Positions 40,973 to 54,610 of a DNA stretch of 64,000 bases are shown one piece after another. The notes below the pieces were generated by a model. It ran no database searches. It had not been told where the DNA came from and saw nothing but the letters and a program-made list of their open reading frames with translations. The stretch's first letter is position 1. Each line of letters starts with the position of its first letter. Origin of the DNA: Lama guanicoe. Its lineage: Eukaryota. A program made the translations under genes and the position numbers. The stretch is taken from assembly GCA_013239625.1 (NCBI GenBank), contig MU053881.1:124001-188000 (forward strand), given 5' to 3'.

Positions 40973-42099
40973 TAAAATTTAAGAGACAGTTCATTACTCT
41001 AAACTTGAAAGCAGCAAGATATTCTCAATTTTCCAAATCCCTGATAATTAGAATTAGGATCTATGGAGGAAAAGATGTGACAGAATAAAAGAAATGGTAG
41101 CAAACTGGACAATCAAGCCCTTTTGAGGAACACATCTGCCCACTGTGCAACCCTGTCCATTTTTCTTGGAGTCTAACAGAACATAGTATTAGAAACCAGG
41201 TAGAGAACATAAGAAAACATACAATTTAGGATTTTTCCCAATGCTTTAAAATCAACAGGCATATTTTGCTCTCTGAAGTATGTCACTGCAGATTATTTTC
41301 TAAAAAGCATAAAACGTCTCCAAAATAGACCTGAAAACTTTCAAGAACAATTACAAAAGACTTTCAAAAAATAGCTAGGCCAGAGTCAGCAGGAATACAG
41401 CACCTGACTAGTAAATCTCCAACTCCCCCAACTCTCCCTGATTCTGGCATCATAAAATCTTTCCCTGTTCTAGCTCTCAGAGAAACAATTTTTCATTATC
41501 TTAGAATAATTATTTACTTTAAAGACATACAGGACATTATTTACCAGCACAGAATAATATGCTTTCATTATTAAATATTTTATGAAATGGCTTAAAAATA
41601 CATGGGGGGGGATTATAAGAACAAGTGGGCTAGTATTTGAGGCAGCTATTGAACTAAGAAAATTGGCAACTAAAGAAAAAGGTTTAAATGTTTATCATTT
41701 CAGTGGGTATTTATTTCAGAGTAATTAAACAGCACAAGTTGAAAAAAAGTCATACTTTATGAAAGAATGATAGCTAATGAATGCAGAACAAAGGAATTAA
41801 TAAAAACAAAAACATCATTCAGTAATTTCTAATAACATTTTTTAAGGCAAAGATTTATAAACTGGGTTAAAATCATTAGATGAATCACTGCCATTGGTGT
41901 AACACTAAGGTATTACCACCACTCAGATTGTTTTTTGATTGTAAGGTAGAAAATGTTCAAAAAAGGAATAAACCATTACCCTCCGCATCAATCTTCCCAA
42001 CACTTAATGGGGATAGAACCAGATACTGGGTTTCTTGATGTGGCAGACCATGAAGCACAAACCTACAATGTCTACCTTGATTAGGATCTAGAGAAACTG

Positions 42100-43620
42100 T
42101 GCCAGTACCATACTGTTTTGATTACTGTAGTTTTGCAGTATAGTCTGAAGTCAGGGAGCATGATTCCCCCAGCTCTCTCCTTCTTTTTCAAGACTGTTTT
42201 TGCCACTCAGGGTCATCTGTGTTTCCATACTAATTTTAACATTTTTTTTTGTTTGTTTCACCTCTGTGAAAAATGTCTTTGGTAATTTGATAGGGATTGC
42301 ATTGAATCTGTATACTGTCTTGGATGATACGCTCATTTAACAATATTGATTCTTCCAATCCAAGAACATGGTATATCTTTCCATGTGTTTATGTCATCTT
42401 CCCCCGCTCCCTTTTTTTCTTGATTAATCTGACTAAAGATATATCAACTTTGTTTACCTTTTCAAAGAAACACTGAAAGACCATTTCATTGGTCTTTTTA
42501 TTGTTTTTTTAGTCTCTATTTCATTTATTTCTGCTCTAATATTTGTTTTTATTCTACTAACTTTGGGTTTTGCTTGCTCTTCTTTCTGTAGCTAGCTGCT
42601 TTAGGTGTAAGGTTAGGTTGTTTACTTGAGATTTTTCTTGTTTCCTGAGGTAGGCTTGTATCACTATAAACTTCCCTCTGAGAACTGCTTTTGCTGGATC
42701 CCAGAGTTTATGGATCACGTTTTTGTTTTCATTTGTCTCAAAAAGTATTTTTTTATTTCCTCTTTGATTTCTTTAGTGATCCATTGGTTGTTTAGTAGCA
42801 TACTGTTTAGCCTCAACGTGTTTTCAGTTTTTGCAGGGTTTTTTTTCTCACAGCTGATTTCTAACCTCATAGTGTTGTGGTTAGAAAAGATGTTTGGCAT
42901 GATTTCAATTTCCTTAAATTTACTAAGGATTGCTTTGTGGGCCAACACGTGGTCAATTCTGGAGAACGTTTCACGTCCGCTTGAAAAGAAAGTATATCCT
43001 GTTGCTTTTGGATGGAATGATCTATAGATATCCATTAATTCCACCTGGTCTAATGTGTCATTTTAGGCCTGTAATTCCTTATTGATTTTCTGTCTGGATG
43101 ATCTGTGCATTAATGTAAGCGGGATGTGAAGGTCCCCCACTATTATTGTTATTGTTGATTTCTCCTTTTATGTCTGTTAACAATTGCCATATATACTGAG
43201 GTGCTCCTATGTTGGGTGCATATATATTTACAATTGTTGTATCTTCTTTGATCCCTTGAGCATTATGTAGTGTCCTTGTCTCTTCTAACAGTCTTTATTT
43301 TAAAATCAATTTTGTCTGATATAAATATTGCTACTCCAGCTCTCTTTTGGCTTCCATTTGCATGGAATATCTTTTTTCCATCCCCTTACTTTCAACCTGC
43401 ATGTGTCTCTAGCTCTGAAGTGGGTCTCTTATAGACAGCATATATGCGCGTGTGTTTTTGTATCCATTCAGCCAGTCTGTATTTTTTGGCTGGAGCATTT
43501 AATCCATTTACATTTAAGGTAATTATTGGTTCATATGTTCCTACCACCATTTTATTAATTGTTTTCTTGAGTTTGTAGGTCTTTTTTCTTTCTCTTTCAT
43601 CTTTTGTTCTCTCCTCCATT
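42100..43620 (-). mobile_element. Internally deleted L1 ORF2 fragment with no 3' end, sense to CNOT6
   Basis: ORF track shows endonuclease pieces (ITLNVNGLNAP; YTFFSSGRETFSRIDHVL) joined near 42400 to a distal piece (YRFNAIPIKLP); no 3' UTR or poly(A). Confidence 0.85.
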
Positions 43621-43879
43621 CTTTGACCTTCACTTCTTTCACAAACACAAAGGAGAAAAAAGGAGAGGGGCAGAGGAAAGGAAGGGAGGAGAGTAGGAAG
43701 AAATAAATTCATGTGCAGAAAAACTCTTTTACTTGACTGATCAGGCTCCTCTCAGAGCTGTAAGTTACGGCATATTTGAAAAGGTAGTGACATTAACCTT
43801 GGTGCCAATTTACTTCTTCCAGTCTAAACTTTCACTTGGTCTTACTCAATTTTTTCACTAAATCCAACTGACTTTTACC

Positions 43880-44660
43880 TTTTCAGGATTTCTAAACCTG
43901 TCATCTCCATTTTCACTGCTACTCAAGTTAATTTAGACCCTCATTTTCTCAGCTACAATTTTTAAATAACCTTTTCTGTATTTTCCCAATAGATACTTGC
44001 TCATGTCACTCTCTTGCTTAAAAACCTCAGAGGGTCCTTTCTGCCTGCCTAGCTGAAGTTCAAACTTCAAAGTCCTTTACAATCTGGACTTAGCTAACTA
44101 TTTTCTCACTGGTCTTCAGCCACTTACACACATACCACTCTATAAAGTCCTAAGTTAATTATGGCAAATCTATTTCTAAAACATAGTCTTTCAAGTCATG
44201 CTAAACCTTTCATCAAAGAGAACCTTCACCCTGAAGGTTCTTATTCACCCTTCAAGGCAACTCAGGTTAGACGTTACAACTTCTATAAGCCCTTCCCAAC
44301 CAACAAAGGCAAAAGTTCACTATTCCATCTCTGCACACCATACATTTACTACAGCATCTATCATCCCAGTTTTTATTTCTGTGTCTCGTGTAGACCTAGC
44401 ACAATATACCAATGAACTAGTCTAAACATTCTTTCTTCATGACTCAGAATCAGGTTTTTATTGAAGAAAAACCCAAAAGCAATTCAATACATCTGAACCA
44501 CGCTTCCTTAAGGGAGCTTTCTTTACAGAATCGTTCATTCAACAAATATTTAATAAGCATCTTCCATGTGACCAAGACTCTGACAGGTACTGGGAATAAA
44601 GAATGAACAGGAAATACATACATGATGTTGGATCTTAATCAACTGGGGATGCCAACAAAA
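43880..44660. mobile_element. L2 LINE remnants
   Basis: catgtcactctcttgcttaaaaacctc... and an L2 tail cattcaacaaatatttaataagcatc. Confidence 0.55.
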
Positions 44661-45349
44661 ATCTCACTACCATGTAATCACCCTACAACCCTTTCTAATT
44701 TTTACAAACATCACTCTGATTTAGGACCTCTTCCCTATCCCTCACAAACACAGGAGTTTATCATTCCCTGCTCTGAGCTACTCTGAACCTTGAAGATAAC
44801 TTCTAATGATATATCCTTTAACTCCACCTTAATTTTTCTTAACATGTCTCATTCACCTATTCTAATATAGACTCTTTGCACTTATATTTTAAATATTTTT
44901 ATATTTTCAGAGCCCAGAAAATAATAAGTGCTTGGTGAATTTAAGAATTCAAGGGGACAAGCTGTGATGGAAAAAAAAAAAAGCACAAACATTTTGTAAG
45001 AGACAATGTGCTAACAGAAGCAGTGCCCATCTTACTAGGAGTACGAAATACTAATATCTTGGCTTCTAATCTTGAAGGCAAAATCTAGAGAAACCAGACA
45101 GAAAGGACCTTAGTGGCCAAAGACTGATAATATTAGTTCTAGGACAGCAGGGGTTAAGAAGCAAAGGGCCAAACTCAAAGGTAAAACTGAACATCATCTT
45201 ACTGACATGCTATGGCAAAATAAGAGCAAAACTCAAACAGCTGGGGGAAATGGCAAAACTGTGTTGAGTGCCCATCTGCCACATTCTGTAGTAGGCATAT
45301 AACCGCAAACATGTTTTCAGCACTCGCCACCTGGCAGGCCTACTGCGCC

Positions 45350-45730
45350 CTTCACATGCATTATCTCATTTAACCCTCAGGACTCCTATAGTAAATCTAT
45401 TATTCTCCTTACATAAAGAAAAGAAGGTCCAGAGAATGAGTCATTTGCTTGAGGTCACAGAGATACTGGTGGCACAACTGTGATTTTTAACCCAAGTCTG
45501 ATCCAAAAGTCTATGCTTTCAACCACTATGCAATAATTTACCTGTATTATCTCAATTTAACTCTCATAGCAATCCATGAAGGAGACACTATCCTCATTTT
45601 ATTTCAGATAAGGAAACTAAGACCCAGAGTTTAAATAACTTGCCTAAGGTCACACATACTTGGTAAGTAGCAGAGCTGGGATTTGAACCTGGGACAATCT
45701 AGCTGTAAAGCTGTATCTTTTCTATTATGC
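45350..45730. mobile_element. Two tandem MIR SINEs
   Basis: Two copies of attatctca...aatcc...cagataaggaaact...ttgcctaaggtcacac...ggatttgaacc. Confidence 0.75.
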
Positions 45731-45904
45731 CAATACCTCACACAACTCTAGAATTCTATCACTGATGAAACCAAGATCTCATGTTTATTCTCCAAATACT
45801 ATATTGCTAAGACCATGAGCCCCTGGGTTTCCTTCTCAGATGCATCATCTTTCCAAACTACTCTGTATTCTCCATTCCCAAACTCTGGCTAATACTTAAG
45901 AAAG

Positions 45905-46340
45905 CAGGTATCAAATGCCATTATCTCAAGACCGCTGCACTCAAAAATTAACAAGTACCTCAAAGAGTTTTCATTTGTGTGGGTCAAATCTATTAATATT
46001 AACCATACTAGAAATTACAACTAAGAAATTTTAAAATATTTATTAACTCATTAAACATAAATCTAGCAGATGTTAACCAACATTTTTATGAAAATAACTA
46101 TTTTCAAAGACAAACTAAAATTTCATGAGAAGAGTGACACTGTCTTACAGTTTTGCAAATCTTTAATGCCTGACATACTAGAAGACAGCTGGATTTGCCC
46201 ATCTGCTCTGAATTCAATTGATCAGATATCATACATTGTTTTGTTAGTCTCTGGAAAACTCCACCATATACTTCTAAGAGAATGAGAATGAAAAAGGCAA
46301 AGAACATCTTAGTACTATTTCTAATAACTTGAAGTTTCTG
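45905..46340. mobile_element. hAT-Charlie (Charlie1-like) DNA transposon remnant
   Basis: gagaagagtgacactgtcttacagttttgcaaatctttaatgcctgac...agaagacagctggat. Confidence 0.6.
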
Positions 46341-47814
46341 TAGCCACCTCCTCCTGCCCTTCAAAATCTCATTTCCTTACATCTTTTTCTCAAGTGGAAT
46401 AAAAATAAATGTAAGTCCAAATTGGTTTAACTAAAATTTCCAATCGTAAGACTTCTGCAAGAAAAAAAAAGAGATCTTTTAATTATGGTAAAATACTCCT
46501 CCAAAACATAGAGCTGAACAGCTGACACGGTATTCAATACTAAGCTCTTAAAGGAGAAGACAGGCATACCCATCTCCACCTGAGGTGCCCAGCCCACAAC
46601 CAACAGCCTGTAGCAGTTTACTAGACTGCTGTTGAACTGCAATTCTAACCACATGCGTGTGCGCAATAACGTATGAGTGAATATGCCGTACAGTCAGAGA
46701 GAAGCAGTGTGCACTGCAACACCACAGGAAACTTCTAATTTTGAAGGCCAAAAATGGTCAAATATTAGCAATTTCATTTAACCCAATAAATTAACTGAAA
46801 ATGTAAAGGTACCAGTATACTCACCCACAAATTTCAACTTAAAATACAAATACCTGTTGGCTTAGAAATTTTAATTTCTATACTTTAAGTCAAATATAAA
46901 GCCTAGAGAAAAAGAACACATTAGACAAACAAGATTTATGATCTGATCAGCAGAGGCTGAGTGCCCACTACTACACAGGGCATTAAGTCAAAATCATGAT
47001 TTGTTGGTGAAACGGCACCAAGATCAAAAAGGTAAGAACAGGGAGGCCATCAATAACATGTGTTCTCTCAGCATGAGACAAGCAACCACCACCTAGCTTA
47101 CACCACCAGCAATGAGGCTTCCAACAGAAAGCTTTTCATTTCTTATCTTTCGCCAGGTGTTTCCATAATCTATTTGCTTCTCCTTCTCTTACAATCTTAA
47201 TGTTCTACCCACCTCTATCTAATTGCAATTTTGGCCCTCTGAGGCATTCAACATTTATTCTGGCTGCTAATTCATGCATACAATCATTTGGGGAGGTTCT
47301 AATAACTAGCAATCAGTTTCGACCCACTAGTCCTTTTTTTCCCCTAAAACTGAGAAAGAAAATTATTCATGAATGCTTGACCTTATCAAGAAGACTTTAA
47401 AAACTCCGGAATATTGTTCTAAAGCCACTGAGTGATGTTTCAGAAGACTGGAAAGAAATCTACAGGAACTGTGGTCCAACGGAGTTCTGCTATACACTGC
47501 TTTTTGATGGCATGTGTATAAGTGACTGCCTTTTCCTAAAATAGTGAAATGCTTTAAAACTGGATTTTTGACCAGCATGAATTCTTATGAGGACTCTTGT
47601 GAGATTTTTATTCATAACCCCAAAAAAAGAGAATCACAAATATTAAGAAAGATTCTGTCAGCTGTATTATGTCAACGTGATCAGCCACTAACATAAGTGG
47701 TTATAAATTTGGGTCAGCAATTGAGTCTCCCTATATTAACAAATCTACATCAAAGGTTCATCCATTCCAAGCCACAGCATCCCGGGTGTGTGTCAGGTGG
47801 GAAGAAGGGGAGTA

Positions 47815-48015
47815 GAGGACAGCGTCATTAAGAACACAAAGTGGAGTCAAACAGACCTATATCAAGTTCCACTTCTGGTTGTTAACATTCATCTTTAAGG
47901 CTAAAGTTTCCTCATTTGTAAAATGATAGCTACCTCGTAATTTTGGTGTGAGGATTAAATGAGATAACACATGTAAAGTACAATACCTATCACATATTAG
48001 CATTCAACAAAGCTA
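47815..48015. mobile_element. MIR SINE
   Basis: agtttcctcatttgtaaaatg...gtgaggattaaatgagataacacatgtaaag. Confidence 0.8.
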
Positions 48016-48869
48016 TTTTTTTTTGTTACTACAAATCCTTAAGTCTGAGTTTCTGTAGTTTCCCTAAAATTAGAAGCCAAATGACAATTCTTCAGATATC
48101 CCAAGTAAATTATAGTTTTCATCTTCAGCAATTTTAGATGAAAATATACAAAGGAAGCTATTGGTCTAAAACATGATAGCTTCGTCAGATACTGCTTTAA
48201 CGATGCTACAGTATTTACATACGACTATATATAATCTTACAGAAAGAAAAATTCCACCCCTCCAAACGCTAAGTGGCAAATAATATTTTTACTTAATTTT
48301 AATAAATTTTCATTTCTATTTGGTCTTTAATTAGCAGGGACTCCTAATATCTTTTTTTGTCTACTCCTCCGACCTCAAAATCTGCCCACTAAAAAAATCT
48401 ATATATAATCACTCAACGTATCCATTGAATCACCAGTAATTCTCTTTTTGGATACAAAGACCACTGCCTAATTTCTGTTTTGTTAGAGCACATGCTTACT
48501 TTATGAGACATGTGTTCATAGCAAATAACTCTGAAAGACAATGGCAGTGCCTGACGATTCCCTCTTTGCAACTACTCTGTATTTAAAAGCGCATCAAATA
48601 TTTTACTGAACTTTGGGCTACTGAGCACAAGTCTAAACCTAGCAAAGGGCATACAAAAAGCAAATGTTAGTCTTCCAGGAACTGAAGACTGAAAGTTCTA
48701 ATGTTATGATTTTACATAGGATAACCTACACCTCCAATTACAAAGAATTTCCTTTACTGTTTTTGAAATCACATAAAATTCCACAATTTTCTGTGACCAA
48801 AGAAAAAGTCAATAATTTCAGCCAACCTATTAGGGAAAAGTTTGAAATATACATCATATATATAAATGT

Positions 48870-50330
48870 ATTTCCTAAGTTTGGGACGTAGGTGCCTACT
48901 TCCTCTCGACCCTGTCTCCTCTTTAAACTATTACCCTCTTTCCTTTTCTTTCACATCAAGCTTTTCCAAACAGCAGTCTGAAACATTCATCTTAATCTAT
49001 CATTTGTTCCCAGAGAATCTGACTTCTACTTGCCTGGAAAAATTGTTCTGCTCTATTAACCTAACTGCCAAATCCTATCAGTCCATTCTCAGAGCTCATC
49101 CTACTCTAAAACCTGGGCACCACTTGTCACCATTGACTCTCCCTCTTGCTCAGCACTCTTACTTCTCTTGGCATCTGTAATTTTGCTTTCTCCTTTTCTC
49201 CTATCCTCCTTAACCACTTTACTGCGGTCTGGCCCCAAACAAAATGCTGGCTATTCCTAAGAGTTTCCTCAGCCCTCTCCTCTTCCTATCCTGTATCAAT
49301 CTGTGGTCTCCGAGTAGGTTTCACACTTGTGTGTATACATACTTTCATTCTCTTCAGCGTGGTCCATTATTCTCAGCTGATTCTCAAATGGGGACCCTAC
49401 CTCTCCTGGAAAGTGTGAAACATTTGTGAGATTTCTTCCTGAGTGATCTTCCAACGCCAACTACATAATGGCCAAATCTATGAAATTCCCAACCACTCTC
49501 TAGTCCAGATACCTATTTTCTACCTAAATAGCCAATAGGCATGTCAAACTTAGAATCAAAATCAAATTATTCCACTTTCCCTGCACAAATCTGCTCTTCT
49601 TCTATTTCCCAAGTTAAATCATACCAACAGTTCCCCAAGCTACAAAACTTCTGAATCACACATATCTCCTTCCTACCTTTAGACCTCATTTTTTGTCTGT
49701 CCCTAACTCTGGTGTCTTTCAAATTTATCTTTTTTTTTTTTAGCTCCTATGCTGATGTCCTTGACCTCTCACAAGGACTTAAATGAATTCTGACCCCAGT
49801 CTCCTGACTTCCTCCATTCAGCCTCCACACTTTTACTGTCTCCTGAAAAAGTATGTCACACACACAATTTCTCCACCTCCATCCACCTACATGCTCAATC
49901 AGTCCCCATTATGTAAAGACAGAAGTACCAACACTTTAAGAAAAAGCCTAAAACTATTCACAAACTTTCTGGCCACTCCTCCTGCCCCTTACATCCTTGC
50001 ACCCCATTTTCACAACTTGACTTTGCACATGTGATTTCTTCTCACTGAAATGTCCTATTATCCTGACAAACCTCTATGCCTTCAAAACTCAGCCCAAAGA
50101 CCTCTGAGATGACTCCCTCAAGTTTCCCAAGCAGAATCAGTTGCTCCTTCTTCAGTATGCCCCAGATGCTTTGTATACTCATTACCATATAATCTGATGA
50201 GTCCTTTACTGGCTCACTTGTCTTCCTCTCCACACCATTATAAACTCACTTGGGACAAAAGAGTGTACACCTCATTTGAGTAGCAGGTCTACAATGGTGT
50301 CTGACACATGGGTGTTTCCAGTATTTCTGG
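48870..50330. mobile_element. L2 LINE remnant
   Basis: Pyrimidine-rich L2-like sequence (tagtccagatacctattttctaccta...ggcatgtcaaacttag); boundaries approximate. Confidence 0.55.
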
Positions 50331-50370
50331 AACCGAGTTTTAGCACTATTTTTAAATGCTGTGTTCAAGT

Positions 50371-51011
50371 ATAATCAGTGCTGCTACATCACTTATTCTG
50401 AAATGTGACTCTGTTCCAATGTGATTGACGTATTAGAAAATTTGAGCATTATGCAATATTTCCAATTGCTTATATGTGATTTTGTCTGTGAAAAACACTA
50501 GATGAAGGTAGAAAACTGCACCCAGCTGAACTGAGCTACACAAAAATACACAAAACACATACACCTCAAAACACCTACCAGCTACATCAATTCACTGTGT
50601 ATGTGTGCGCGTGTGTGCACAAGTGCCAGTGCGCATACTATGCATCACACACACACACATCTGCTGTTACAAACATTCCATTTGATTTCAGGTAACCCTC
50701 CTCCCACCACTTCACAATAACTCACAAGCAGCTATCCTTCGATACTCATTTCCACAAGCATACCAAGTCTTTTTCAAGGTATAGTGACACATTTCTTGTA
50801 GTATATACATATTCCTTAACCATTTAACATGTGTAAAACTGTGCTACATTTTTATCAGGTTCCTTATTTAAAATAAGTCACTGACAAAGTTTTTGAGTGT
50901 TGTGCCCCAATCTCACTTTTCCCTAAAACGTCTGTAGTTTTTAACTGCACAATGTTACATACCACTGCAGTTTTTAGGAATCTATATGTTGCTTTACAGC
51001 CGAACTGACTA
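50371..51011. mobile_element. MER82-like TcMar-Tigger non-autonomous element
   Basis: Degenerate inverted termini (aatcagtgctgctacat / gctttacagccgaactgact) and internal motif aaaactgcacccagctgaactgagc. Confidence 0.6.
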
Positions 51012-54000
51012 CATAAATTAACAATTATATAGGAGTTCTTAGGCTTTAAGTTTCAGTATTTCAATTCCAGTAATATACAGGAGAGAAAACTCTGCCCTCC
51101 CCCAAATTTCACAAAATGTTTACAGCCCATCAGGATAACAACCTTTAAGCTTGGCGGCTCTCACTTCTGGTCAGCAGAGGGTTGATTTTTCCAGCTCGAG
51201 TTCTGCAGTCTGCCTAAGCCTAACTGAAAAGACAAGCTCTCAATTCCTGAACTTTCACGTGTACCATTTTATGGGCTTCACTGTTTTGACTGCTCTTCTC
51301 TCAAAACATTTTGATTTTTAATTATCCAGTATTATAAACTATAAAGCCCACTATAAAAGTGACCACAAACACAAATGACATGATACCCAAGTTTACAACA
51401 GGTTCTGCTACTAACCCCATACAACCTCAAACGTGGCTTTTTCCTATATAAGGCCTCCACTTTAATCCTCCACATTCATGCCCAAGTGATCTCTAAATCA
51501 TCTTGCTCCTCTATGAAAAGCATTTTGGCTACCTAATTTGGTATAAGATAAACACATACACCTTACTTTTGGCTTAGCAAGCATGGACCTAATCTAGGCT
51601 AATCCAGATGGTCAAAATCTAGGCTGGATACACCTTTGAAGGCTCAGCTCTAGTCACTCTCCATTTCAGTAACACGTCACCATTGGCCTTACCCCAACAC
51701 TTGGCACTTCAGTGCACCCACAGTTCCTTTTGCTTGAAATGACCTCATCTCCTTAGTCTAGCAAACACTTATTCTATGTTGTTTTCTGTAAACTGCTCCC
51801 AAATCTTTTACAAATTTAATTATTCTTTCTTCTGTTCTCCCACAGTACTCTGCACACCTACTAAGCCTACAGACTACTAGAAGACAGCAACTGAGTATTA
51901 TTCATTTTTTCATTCTCAGGGTCCAGCATTATGTCCAGCATATATCATTCCCTATACATAACTTGTTATCAAGAAAATAAAAATGGATAAGGAAGAGGTA
52001 ATGCCCAGAGAACGGTAAGGTTAAGGGAGCCTAAACAAGCCCCTGTCTTACATGCAAATAACCTTCACCTCTTTAATTACTTGTTCAAATACCAAAATAT
52101 GGTGCAGTCCGTTGTACTCTACTGCACACAGGCTATGCATACAGTAAGTTTATGGTTTAATTTATTCAGCATTTCTTACATACGATTTTTACTAATAATA
52201 ACAGGGTCATAAAATGATCAACCTTCCTAAAGTGAGTAGTAGATAAGGTTAAAGAAAAAGTACATGAGTAAAAGATTTTGTGGAATCTTAGGCTCTGAAA
52301 GTTAAAACTGGAATTTTTTTTCTAGATAGTAACATTAAGTTCCAATCATAACAAAAATGTAAATAGTATACATCTGAAATCCAAGTCTTTTCTCCATTAA
52401 AATGTATGTTCTTAGCGGAACCTATTTGGACTTTTCCAAAGTGATACACACTTTAAAAGCAGAACTTCCCAACCAGTGTACCTCACACACGGGAAAGTTA
52501 CAAGTGTGTTGAAGAGCACCCTCATCCTTTATGGCCCAAAGGCTGCAGCTGTGAGCAGCCTTGACCATTTATTCCAGTATGCCTTACATATTATATTATC
52601 CGTTTCCACTGCACTATATGAAAAAGATCTATGCTTTAAAAAACATAGAAAGGCTAATATGAATATAGAGGAATGCCTAAACATTAACAAAATGCATTAT
52701 TTATAAACTACAAGCACAGCAGGCAAATTCCTACAACACCTTTATTTGTAGTCAGAATCAAATTCCGTAACCAACTTCCTGCCTGTTTAAAAGAAAATTG
52801 TCTGAAAAGTTTTACTTTGCCACCAAGATTTAAGAAACCTGAAAATACCTACAAATCATACAGGCATTCAAGAGCTTCTTCATCTACATTACCACTGATC
52901 AAGACACTTTTGAAACCATGCAAAATCTTCTGAGTCTCAAAAGAAACTTTGTCTTTTGTCACATCCTCGTTTTCGACCTTAAGTATCTCGTTCACCTACT
53001 GAGACCTGACCAGACTCAACTATCTCAAATAACTTTCATCCATTAAAACACTTTCTGCTCTCCCCAAAAAACGTATCTCTAGCAAGTACATCACTCTCCT
53101 GTGCTCTCACATTCACACAAAACCTGGTCCTTTCCTTCTTAACTAAAGTATGTTGGGCAAGTCACTTTAACTTTCTAGGCCTGTTTCCTCAATAGCAGCT
53201 ATTCAAATATTTTATTTAAAGCAAGTAGACTAGACTAGATTACTGGTTTAAAAAGATAAAGCAACTTTTATTCTAAAAGTCATCACATTCTAAAGACTGT
53301 GATAATTGCTCTGATGGCAATTACAAAACAAGTTTTCAAAATCTTTTTATCAATGGACCTACCAGCTCCGACAGCCTACAAAACTGTTTTGGGATGGTAA
53401 ATTCTAGTGTACTATGAAAAAAAGAATACAAAGTGCTATCACATTCCATTTTATTTTTCACTTGTGCATGTTCACTCTCTTCCTCTGCAAAATTAAAATC
53501 CCAAAGACAAGGCAGCAAGAAGATTCCGCACCAGCACTAATGGGACAATACACCCGGAAAACAGGAAAGTATGGGAATTCATATTCACGATTATTTAAAC
53601 GTCAGTTTAAACAGTGACAAATCCAAAAGTGACAAGCCAGATGACCATTCACAATGCTGTCATTTGCAGTCACAGTTCAAGAGGTTACAGGTGTTCGTTA
53701 CCAGACTCTTTGGGGAAGGGGAAGGAGGAAGAGAGTCAAAGAAAAGTTTCCAAAGAGCTGGTGTTCAGAAATAACGAGGTGAAATACGATTCAGGTTATT
53801 CGACAAAACTACTTCTAGTAATTAGAACCATCTCTGAGCCCTCAGAAATATCATATGTCCTTTCATCTGGTGCTAAGCGCTTCTTCCCTAACCATGTCAT
53901 TCCCATCCCCCTACCCACCCCAAAATTTGCGTTAAACTGAATTTTAAATACGTTTGGGAGAGGGGGTGAAGAGTTGGTTTCTCGCTTCGCGTAACTGCGA

Positions 54001-54455
54001 AGTTCCACAGGCCGCTGCGCGCATCCGCACACAGCCCCTTCTCCGAAGTTACCCCTCGGGGTCCCGACCGCAGCTCCCCTCCTCCGGCGACCCAGCCCCC
54101 GCGCCCCCTGCGCGCCCCCCCCCCCGCCGTCAATCACGCCCCCCACCGCCGGGCTCGGCGCGGGGGCCCGGACTCGCGGCAGCCGCCCGCTGCCCCGAGC
54201 TGCGGGCCCGCTGCCCACGGGACTGAAGTTGCTCCTGCCCGAGCCCCGCGCGCCCCGGTCCCGGGACACGACCGAGCGCGGCCCGCGCGGGGAGCGGCGC
54301 CTCGGGCGCGCCTCGCTCACCTCTTGGGGTGCGTGACCTCCCTCCGCCGCTGCCGCCGCCTCCCCCCTGTGAGCGCAGCGGGACCGCCGCTCTTTGTTCC
54401 CCCTCCGAGCTCCGCCGCGTCCGCCGCCCGCCTCAGCCGCCCCGACGGGCCGCCA

Positions 54456-54610
54456 CTACGCCCGCCCGGCCTCTCGGCCTCCCGCCTCGCCCGCCTCGCT
54501 GCGCCCAGCGCTGCCTTCGCCTCCGCGCCGCCGACGCCGCCGCCACCGCCGCCGCCGCCGCCGCCTCCTCCGCGCCCCCCTCGTTTTCATTGAAAGCAAA
54601 CAAGCATCAT
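54456..54610 (-). promoter_or_regulatory. Candidate overlapping uORFs: MMLVCFQ* (54610-54587) and a 44-aa Arg-rich uORF (54590-54456)
   Basis: Read directly: gccgccATGATG...CA-ATGA-AAACG...CGG run...TAG. Whether they are transcribed and translated cannot be shown from sequence. Confidence 0.4.
54528..54570 (-). repeat. Interrupted GGC/CGG trinucleotide repeat in the 5' UTR
   Basis: Plus strand reads gccgccgacgccgccgccaccgccgccgccgccgccgcctcctc; longest pure run is (CCG)6 at 54546-54563. Confidence 0.9.

Noticed and set aside
54321..54432. N-terminal extension of CNOT6 from near-cognate ACG or CTG codons in exon 1
   Set aside because: The frame is open only back to a TGA at 54435-54433, the contexts are weak, and open frames are expected in GC-rich DNA.
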